From Natronincolaceae bacterium (GTDB lineage Bacteria; Bacillota; Clostridia; Peptostreptococcales; Natronincolaceae): a stretch of DNA of 40,000 bases. Below, one piece after another: positions 27,488-33,870 of the stretch (positions are counted from its first letter, which is position 1; every line of letters begins with the position of its first letter). The position numbers and the translations under genes are program-made. The stretch lies in NCBI GenBank assembly GCA_048264125.1, contig JBLXDM010000002.1, positions 318,005 to 358,004 of the forward strand. The letters run 5' to 3'. The notes under the pieces were generated by a model. The model made no database searches. It had not been told where the DNA came from and was given only the letters and a program-made list of their open reading frames with translations.

Positions 27488-27886
27488 TTAGTTTTTTATA
27501 TCCTTAACCGCCTTTACACTGTCGGAATATCCTGCCATCTGCAAGCAGTAGCCGGATATGCTTCCGATTTCTCCAGCTTCAAAGATTTTTTCCACGATAT
27601 CCGTTGGTTCCACACAGCCAAACTCCTCCTGCAGCTTTTCATCCTTAAGATTAGGCTCGATCACACAGTTATAAACCATGTGGAGATCCGCCTTATCCTG
27701 AGTGGACTCATTTTGTGCAATGGAAAGGGCCTCCATGCATAGGGCCCTTGTTGGCTTCTTTACAATGATATAGGCCTCCAAGGAGGGAACATAAATCTCC
27801 TCCCGCTGATTTTCCTTTTGCTTCAATTCTTCCTTCTTCCTTATCAGGTCTGTTACCGTTAGCTTCTTAAGATTTTTCTTTGACAT
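27488..27886 (-). CDS. Tail assembly chaperone, XkdN-like
   Basis: 132 aa, between the tube and tape measure genes. It ends in ..GAT ATA AAA AAC TAA, which contains a slippery heptamer. Confidence 0.7.
   Translation of the reverse strand: MSKKNLKKLTVTDLIRKKEELKQKENQREEIYVPSLEAYIIVKKPTRALCMEALSIAQNESTQDKADLHMVYNCVIEPNLKDEKLQEEFGCVEPTDIVEKIFEAGEIGSISGYCLQMAGYSDSVKAVKDIKN
27491..27497 (-). other. Candidate -1 programmed frameshift heptamer A AAA AAC
   Basis: The minus strand reads ATA AAA AAC TAA. The X XXY YYZ pattern sits directly before the chaperone stop. A -1 slip reads CTA ATA AGT AGT GAT GGA GAT ATG TAC..., which joins the 27330..27470 ORF. Confidence 0.5.
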
Positions 27887-27901
27887 GACTGTAGCCTCCT
27901 A

Positions 27902-28336
27902 TTAACCTTCTATTAAATCAGGAAAATCAAAATCACTGAAGCCGAAGGGGATATCCTCCTCCACCTTTGCCTTTTGCTCAAAGGACATCAGCATTACCTC
28001 GTTGAACCAAACATTATAGAGGACAACCCTCTGAGTTCCGAAGGCATCGGGGTCCGCCAGCTTGGCAACTATTTTAGACCTTACCTCCTGACCATCCTTA
28101 ATCGCCATAGCTATTTTCTTTTGGGCCCTTGAATAAACCTTCTTCAGCTTCATGGTGCCTTCACCGCTCCAGCCCAGCACCTTGGAGTCCTTTGACAGTG
28201 AGCCTGCCATATTTATCTCTTCTCTATCGATGGTAATCTTAGCCTCAAAGCTTTCAATATCCGCCAGCAGCTCATTATCCCACCATACGGAGCCAAAAGT
28301 GCCATTTATCAATCTTTTACCTTCTACCTTATTCAT
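27902..28336 (-). CDS. Contractile tail tube protein (XkdM-like)
   Basis: 144 aa. It reads INGTFGSVWWDNELLADIESFEAKITIDREE...GWSGEGTMKLKKVYS and lies downstream of the sheath gene. Confidence 0.78.
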   Translation of the reverse strand: MNKVEGKRLINGTFGSVWWDNELLADIESFEAKITIDREEINMAGSLSKDSKVLGWSGEGTMKLKKVYSRAQKKIAMAIKDGQEVRSKIVAKLADPDAFGTQRVVLYNVWFNEVMLMSFEQKAKVEEDIPFGFSDFDFPDLIEG

Positions 28337-28373
28337 TTATATCATCCTCTCCACGAAATTGTATTTTGACCTT

Positions 28374-29423
28374 TTATAAAGAAATGTTAAACTTTAAGTC
28401 CTCAACTGAATCCAAGAACTTCAGGTTGCCCTTGACGAACACCTGACTTCTGAAGGCCTTCTCTTTGATCTGCTGCTCTGTAAGGTTACTGGTATTCACA
28501 CCGATTCCCTCCCAGGCCAAACGCTGAGCTTCTGTATCGATAGCAACGCTGTTGTTGTAGGATGGGTCCAGAATATCCCCCTCCAGCCCCTTTAAATATG
28601 AATTTACAGCAGTTAAAAACAGCACCTGATTATCATAGGAATTGTTGACCTTGCCTACATACTCATCCTCGAAGGTTCTGGTGATGTCCTCCTTAATTAG
28701 ATCCATTCCCTCTACTATCTTGATCTTCTTAAACTCCTCACCCTTTTCAGTAGTTGTGGTGGTTAGGGAGTTTACGCCTCTGGCGATTTTTATCTTTTCG
28801 CCGTCGTTTATTAAAATAAGCTTCCCGGCATCGATGTCTGCATTGGGATTAGCTGAATCTGAAATAGATTCCACCTCCGGTAAAACATAGTAGGTTGCAG
28901 AGCGGGTAAAGGGCAGACCTGCTAAAATCCCCGCTATTCTGCAGGTGTATTCAGCTGCTGAGTATACCTTTCCTGCTGCTGTTATGCCTGATGCTGAATA
29001 ATTAATGATGGCTTCATCGTCAGCACTATGGCCTGCAACAACAGCCTTAAAGGTCTTGCCTTCATTTTGCCTGCAGCCTTTAGTCCATTGTGCTACATCC
29101 TCTGAGGCAGCTGCATCCGGCACCGCCAGATAATTAAAGCTCTTTGATTTTAAACGCTCCAATGCAGGATTATAGCTGGTGGCCTCTGTATCTATTCTCT
29201 CCACTATCAGCTTAGAGGGATTTCCTAAGAAGGTCTTTTTAATTAGATCTAGGCTTTCCTCAGACCAGTCCTCCTCCTTTACCTCACTTATGATTCTGTA
29301 TTCCTTAGCATCAAAGGCTCCTGTGTCATCCTTTAATATAAGGGCCACTATGCCCCTTTCACTTCTTTCTACTGCATTAACTGATTTTGTTTTAAAAATA
29401 ATATCAATTGTTGGTAAACCCAT
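28374..29423 (-). CDS. Contractile tail sheath protein (XkdK-like)
   Basis: 349 aa. It lies upstream of the tube gene and carries a sheath-like segment YTCRIAGILAGLPFTRSATYYVLPEV. Confidence 0.85.
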   Translation of the reverse strand: MGLPTIDIIFKTKSVNAVERSERGIVALILKDDTGAFDAKEYRIISEVKEEDWSEESLDLIKKTFLGNPSKLIVERIDTEATSYNPALERLKSKSFNYLAVPDAAASEDVAQWTKGCRQNEGKTFKAVVAGHSADDEAIINYSASGITAAGKVYSAAEYTCRIAGILAGLPFTRSATYYVLPEVESISDSANPNADIDAGKLILINDGEKIKIARGVNSLTTTTTEKGEEFKKIKIVEGMDLIKEDITRTFEDEYVGKVNNSYDNQVLFLTAVNSYLKGLEGDILDPSYNNSVAIDTEAQRLAWEGIGVNTSNLTEQQIKEKAFRSQVFVKGNLKFLDSVEDLKFNISL

Positions 29424-29446
29424 TTACATCAACTTCCCTTCTTTTT

Positions 29447-29866
29447 TTATTTAAGCTTAATGTTTTGCATAAGCTCATTATCATCCGTCTCTTCTTTGGC
29501 TTCAAAATAATTAACATTGAATTCAAATTGAAAGACTCCATCCACTAGCTTGGATGAAGTCTCCAGTATTTTAATGCTTCTGTCCTCAATTTTCATTGTC
29601 AGCTGAAACAACTCCTCCAGACCTTCTATAGCCTCCAAAGCCTCCGACATTCCAGCAGTAGTATTTGAAGGATAGATATAGATTCTGACAGTTAGGCTTC
29701 TTTCGTAATTGTAGAGCCTGTTGTTTTTGATGATGTTGTCCAGTTCGATGTATATTGAGGTTGCTTCGAGTGCTTCTGTTGGTTTTTGAGGCAGTAGCTG
29801 TAGTTGAGGAAGGCCGATGGTGACTACTTCCTCAACTGTTTGTTTGATTTTTTTTAGGGTGATCAT
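29447..29866 (-). CDS. Tail completion/terminator-type protein (XkdJ position)
   Basis: The ORF is 29447..29902. The likely start is ATG 29866 behind GGAGGG. It is the first gene of the module, and the call is positional. Confidence 0.5.
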   Translation of the reverse strand: MITLKKIKQTVEEVVTIGLPQLQLLPQKPTEALEATSIYIELDNIIKNNRLYNYERSLTVRIYIYPSNTTAGMSEALEAIEGLEELFQLTMKIEDRSIKILETSSKLVDGVFQFEFNVNYFEAKEETDDNELMQNIKLK

Positions 29867-29932
29867 TGGTTTTTTCCCTCCGTGTTTTTGAATAAGGACC
29901 ATTCTTTGTTAGATATAATTGGATGTAATGGC

Positions 29933-29957
29933 ATAAAAAGAACACCTGGTCGGTGTT
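29933..29957 (-). terminator. Weak terminator-like hairpin at the junction
   Basis: The minus strand reads AACACC-gacca-GGTGTT followed by CTTTTTAT. The stem sequence is the same as at 18523-18539. Confidence 0.3.
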
Positions 29958-30192
29958 GTGTCGTAATAATATCTTTTGTTGATTTTAGAATTTCATTAAT
30001 ACCTTCAATAGCCAACTCAAGCTTACTTGTTTTTCTATAGTGCCTCTCGTCGTTTTCTTTAAGCTGACTAATTTAGTGCTTAATTCTTTCTTCTAATTTT
30101 ACCATTGTATCTTTGATTCCCTCGACTTCCCTGATTATCAAAGCAATCTCTACTTCCTTTGTACATATTTTATGCTTATCCAGTATACCCAC
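29958..30192 (-). pseudogene. Interrupted coiled-coil ORF, possible remnant of a phage lysis-cassette gene
   Basis: The reading frame VGILDKHKICTKEVEIALIIREVEGIKDTMVKLEERIKH runs into an in-frame TAA (30075..30073). It then continues as ISQLKENDERHYRKTSKLELAIEGINEILKSTKDI. Resemblance to the tail of the BhlA-like protein (LKEN..R...) is weak. Confidence 0.25.
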
Positions 30193-30216
30193 CCTTTTCT
30201 TTGACAGCTTAACTTT

Positions 30217-31284
30217 TTATAATATGAAAATTGTACTTTGTCTTAAGAAATAAAAATAAATTGTCAAAACAATTACTTGACTTACAACAACTTTACCACC
30301 TATTTTAAATAAGGTTTTTTGTGGAAGTCCATAGCTTGAAGCTATTGCCAAACAGCTATTAGCAAAAATTGTCATAAAAGATAAATCTATAGCTTTCACT
30401 GCAAGGGTAAATAACCACAGGTTCTCTGTTGAGATCGTAAAAGGTAACGCTATAGTGGTGATAGCAGTATTAGTTAATATGTTGGTTAGTCCTGCTAATA
30501 CACTAGTTATAAATAGAGTTTCGAGAAATGAATACTCTCTTGCTAGGTCTATTAAAATATTTCCTTTTGCCCAGGTATTAATATAATTGCCAAGTATAAA
30601 TGCACTACTCCAAATATAGATTGCTTTAAAAGGCAGTTTAATAAATTCTTCCTTACCTAATAAACATATGAAGATCAATGCTATAGCAATGCAAATTATA
30701 TAGTATTCTGTGCCTTTTAAAAATACTAATGTCACTGCAATTATTATCAACAATGACTGTAAGCAAAACAATGGATTTATGTTGATATCTTTTTTAGGTA
30801 GTCTCCTTGCTATTCCACTATCATATGTTTTGTATAATATAAATCCTGTCGCTATTATTCCCATCAACGTCGGCAATAAAAATAATTTAAACCATAATCC
30901 AATAGTAACGTCTACTTTTAAAATGCTTTCTAGTAAACTTCTTGAAATAATATTGTCCCCACCACCTAAAAACGTAAAATCACTACCAGCACTAATTCCA
31001 AAAGCTACTGTCAAAATCATAGACATCTTGTCTATTCCTCTTTCTTCAGCATAAATCAATGCCATCGGTATTAATATCGTAGCTATAGTCATATCAGTTG
31101 TAATTCCAGTCATGACAGAAGCAAAACCAAACCATGCTAGTAATACTAATTTTGAATTTCTTATTCTATCAAATGGGTGTGTAGCTAACTGTAGTAATCC
31201 TATTTTATTAGCTGATAATATTACAAGCATTAAGCTAAACATTAAAGCTATATTGATAATTAATTTTGGAAGCATATTAATCAT
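30217..31284 (-). CDS. Polytopic permease, ion-transporter superfamily (ArsB/NhaD, CitMHS, DASS-like)
   Basis: The ORF is 30217..31314. The likely start is ATG 31284, which forms an ATGA overlap with the rSAM stop. It has about 10 TM segments. Two related halves each carry a hairpin-like motif (FASVMTGITTDMTIATILIP and LAGLTNILTNTAITTIALP) and a G-rich loop (FTFLGGGDNII). Confidence 0.6.
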   Translation of the reverse strand: MINMLPKLIINIALMFSLMLVILSANKIGLLQLATHPFDRIRNSKLVLLAWFGFASVMTGITTDMTIATILIPMALIYAEERGIDKMSMILTVAFGISAGSDFTFLGGGDNIISRSLLESILKVDVTIGLWFKLFLLPTLMGIIATGFILYKTYDSGIARRLPKKDININPLFCLQSLLIIIAVTLVFLKGTEYYIICIAIALIFICLLGKEEFIKLPFKAIYIWSSAFILGNYINTWAKGNILIDLAREYSFLETLFITSVLAGLTNILTNTAITTIALPFTISTENLWLFTLAVKAIDLSFMTIFANSCLAIASSYGLPQKTLFKIGGKVVVSQVIVLTIYFYFLRQSTIFIL

Positions 31285-32114
31285 ATATCTTCTACTCCTT
31301 CTGTATAGTAGCAAGTTACTCCTTGCAGCATTCTTAGCATTCTCATTCTTGTTTTTACTTCATCAAAATTATTTATATGACCAAACTTATATTTAGCTAA
31401 ATTAGGGCAAGGTATGATATTACCATTAAAATCAAATGATAAATTTGAACCTTTTGCACTACTAAGTAAATTATTACATTTAGTAGTAATACTTCTACAT
31501 GGTATATCTTTACTTTTAAGTTTATTTATTACTTGATCACGGTTTATATTTTGAGTTTCATTTAATTCTTCTGCTCTACCAGAAGAACTTACAAATTGTA
31601 CACGCTGAAAAACTTTTAATTCTTCATTTACGAATTTACTAAGTTCTACAATTCGTTCAATATCATCATCGCATATAACAGTAGCTACTATAACTTCAAA
31701 ACCTTTATCCCTATAAATTTTAATAAATTCAACTGCTTTATCAAACACCCCTTTACCTCTAATATTATCATGACAATCTCTCATTCCATCTAAACTTACT
31801 TGAAAAGTGATATTTTCTTTAGAGAAATCTTTAAAAGGAAATTCAAAGGTACCGTTAGTATTAAGTTGTACTTTAATATTATTTTCTAAGCAAAAATCTA
31901 AAACAGATTTAGTCTTAGAATACACTAACGGATGAAGAGGTTCTCCGCCAGATATTTTGATATTTTTTAAATCAGGCAGCTTTCTAAACAGAGATACTAA
32001 TTCTTCAGTAGTAACTTCTTTATCTAACGTGGCTAAAGAGCTAGATGAAGAACAACAATGAGGACATTTCAAATTACATAATTGAGATATAAGCATAGTT
32101 ATACTTGTTATCAT
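31281..32114 (-). CDS. Radical SAM enzyme with a short SPASM/twitch-like C-terminal Cys domain
   Basis: 277 aa. The C-x3-C-x2-C motif is at residues 13-20 (LCNLKCPHCC), and the GGE motif is in ISGGEPL. SLDGMRDCHDNIRGKGVFDKAVEFIK is an AlbA/SkfB/anSME-type string. The C-terminal Cys set is PCRSITTKC...FNGNIIPCPN...VTCYY. Confidence 0.85.
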   Translation of the reverse strand: MITSITMLISQLCNLKCPHCCSSSSSLATLDKEVTTEELVSLFRKLPDLKNIKISGGEPLHPLVYSKTKSVLDFCLENNIKVQLNTNGTFEFPFKDFSKENITFQVSLDGMRDCHDNIRGKGVFDKAVEFIKIYRDKGFEVIVATVICDDDIERIVELSKFVNEELKVFQRVQFVSSSGRAEELNETQNINRDQVINKLKSKDIPCRSITTKCNNLLSSAKGSNLSFDFNGNIIPCPNLAKYKFGHINNFDEVKTRMRMLRMLQGVTCYYTEGVEDI

Positions 32115-32120
32115 TATTCA

Positions 32121-33113
32121 TTACCATCCACTGTGAGGCTTTACAACTATAGCACTAATTGAAGTAATATTAGTAGTTATTTGCCCCGTTATCTTTACTC
32201 TACATTTACTTCTTATCTTTTGCATTCTCCACATTTGATATTGCATAAGATTTGTTGTTAAATGCCAAGTATGTGTTTGATACCCAGAACAACCACAACC
32301 ATCTGAGTAATAAGTATCAAAAGCCGCTGTATGAAGTATATTATTTGCTTCATCAACTATTTGAAGCTCACCTTTGCCTTTGAGAGTTAATGTTAATTGT
32401 CTTAATCCATTAAAATCATGTAGCTCTGAAGTATAAGTGGCTCCAGCAGTTATAGTTCTAGAACCACTTACTATAACTGTATGAGAAGGTTTAAGCATTA
32501 ACATTTGATATATTGTTGATTGACCTCCCCAATAAGAGTCGCCACGGCAACAATCTTCATCATAATTAGATCTACCTCTAATATCAATAATAATATCACC
32601 TTGATGGTTGAGTACGCTTGAATTAAATGCATACAAGCTATTCATGGGTGAGTGCGTAGCACCACTATAACCAGTGTTATAACTATGCGTTTGAAGTATA
32701 CTTAAGTCGGAAGCTTTGCGAATATATAAATAAGCAAATGCGCTACCAAATCCTTGAAAATGGCCTGTAAACATTAAGTGAGTGAATCCTGAAGCATTAA
32801 CATTAAATCTCATATATCCATATACACTTTCATTATAACAACAGTAAAACTGTAGCCTTGCATAAGTTGACATATCTAAAAATCTTAAAGAGTTACCCAA
32901 AGGTATACCATCAGCACCAGCTATTATAGGTGTGCCCTTAAACCCAAAGTCATATAATACTCCCTCAGATAGTGGATCGTAATTTACCCAACCTTCTCGC
33001 CAAGTACCACTTATGTTAGGACTTATAGAATCTACCTCTCTCCATACTCCATTAATATTTACCCATGAACCATCGATTTTTCGCCAAGTACCACCTACAT
33101 TAATATGAGACAT
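32121..33113 (-). CDS. Unknown 330-aa beta-rich protein with N-terminal G-x-W repeats and vicinal-cysteine clusters (possibly a distal tail-fibre or receptor-binding protein)
   Basis: A strong RBS GGAGGTG lies 7 nt upstream. The N-terminus is INVGGTWRKIDGSWVNINGVWREVDSISPNISGTWREGW. Cysteines occur only at 91-92 (CC), 188-189 (CC), 273/275 (CGC) and 304. No TM or signal peptide is present. Confidence 0.6.
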   Translation of the reverse strand: MSHINVGGTWRKIDGSWVNINGVWREVDSISPNISGTWREGWVNYDPLSEGVLYDFGFKGTPIIAGADGIPLGNSLRFLDMSTYARLQFYCCYNESVYGYMRFNVNASGFTHLMFTGHFQGFGSAFAYLYIRKASDLSILQTHSYNTGYSGATHSPMNSLYAFNSSVLNHQGDIIIDIRGRSNYDEDCCRGDSYWGGQSTIYQMLMLKPSHTVIVSGSRTITAGATYTSELHDFNGLRQLTLTLKGKGELQIVDEANNILHTAAFDTYYSDGCGCSGYQTHTWHLTTNLMQYQMWRMQKIRSKCRVKITGQITTNITSISAIVVKPHSGW

Positions 33114-33116
33114 ATA

Positions 33117-33218
33117 TTACACCTCCAATAAGGCTATTACCTGTCCTTTCCACTTTGTAGGTACTTGCTCGACAGTCCATAAACCTTCTTTTATTAAGTC
33201 AGCATATATTTTAGCCAT
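33117..33218 (-). CDS. Small conserved-looking phage protein (33 aa)
   Basis: Below the track cutoff. It reads MAKIYADLIKEGLWTVEQVPTKWKGQVIALLEV. Its ATG overlaps the stop of the upstream gene by 8 nt (ATGGCTAA). Its 3' end carries the RBS of the 330-aa gene. It resembles short A.LI..G..T...VP proteins found next to Firmicutes phage fibre genes; this is from memory, not a search. Confidence 0.5.
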   Translation of the reverse strand: MAKIYADLIKEGLWTVEQVPTKWKGQVIALLEV

Positions 33219-33858
33219 TAATATCCTCTCCTTTTAATAAGATACCAGCCAGCTCTACTAATGCTAGCTTGATATCAATATTATCTTGTAAAATTTGTTG
33301 AAGGACTGTCTCAATTGTGTTCGACTCGTTAATATTTTTAGTTGGTATATCATTCACTATAAGGTGAATAGTTAAAGTTTCTTGAATGTCTTCACATTTT
33401 GCAGTTACATGAATTTGGTCTTCTGGTTTATCGGGTTTAGATACTAAAACTTCACCGTTAGTAGCACCCTCCCAAATAACTTCTCCTAGATAAATATTAT
33501 TATATTGATCTCTAACTTCTGCATTAAGTGTTATAATTCTTTCAGGGTCGCCCTCTTCGAAAAATGCACAATTGTCTCCCTTAATTATAATCTTATTTGC
33601 CTTTGGTTCTTCGGGTATGAAACCTATGCCATCTACATTTAGAGGTGCAAGAATGGATGGATAACCTCCCAATTCTACTACTTTCTTTTCATAGTCTAAA
33701 GAATGCTTTATTACTTTATACAACTCCATGTATTTTTGTTCTTCACTCAAACCTTCTATAGTTTCTTTACCTATGGAACCATAAACTAATATATTATCAT
33801 ACACAAATCCTGCTGAAATGTCTGTATTCGTTTCTTTGTATTCTATAATTGTATACAT
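33211..33858 (-). CDS. Phage hypothetical protein downstream of the tail fibre (accessory or chaperone position)
   Basis: 215 aa with a GGGGGG RBS. It is AT-rich like the cassette that follows, and I recognised no motif. Confidence 0.55.
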   Translation of the reverse strand: MYTIIEYKETNTDISAGFVYDNILVYGSIGKETIEGLSEEQKYMELYKVIKHSLDYEKKVVELGGYPSILAPLNVDGIGFIPEEPKANKIIIKGDNCAFFEEGDPERIITLNAEVRDQYNNIYLGEVIWEGATNGEVLVSKPDKPEDQIHVTAKCEDIQETLTIHLIVNDIPTKNINESNTIETVLQQILQDNIDIKLALVELAGILLKGEDING

Positions 33859-33870
33859 TTGAATCCCCCC

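Larger units (their letters stand above)
17144..29902 (-). mobile_element. PBSX-like contractile-tail plus lysis gene block (defective prophage or tailocin-type element)
   Basis: The gene order is collinear with xkdK-M-N-O-P-Q-R-S-T-U-V-W-X followed by holin and amidase. The left end is set by the terminator at 17144-17172. The right end is set by loss of phage-tail synteny at 29903. No capsid, portal, terminase or integrase gene is present in the window. Confidence 0.75.

Noticed and set aside
30710-31396. Plus-strand ORFs 30710..31054 and 31112..31396.
   Set aside because: They are antisense to the permease and rSAM genes in very AT-rich DNA, and they have a low-complexity hydrophobic or Ile/Asn-rich composition. 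They are shadow ORFs.
31281-32114. The radical SAM gene read as a prokaryotic viperin (pVip), QueE or glycyl-radical activase.
   Set aside because: The post-cluster sequence (SLDG..HDNIRGKG) and the C-terminal G..IPC Cys domain look like SPASM/twitch maturases. I could not see viperin, QueE or PflA/NrdG hallmark regions. A profile search is still needed.
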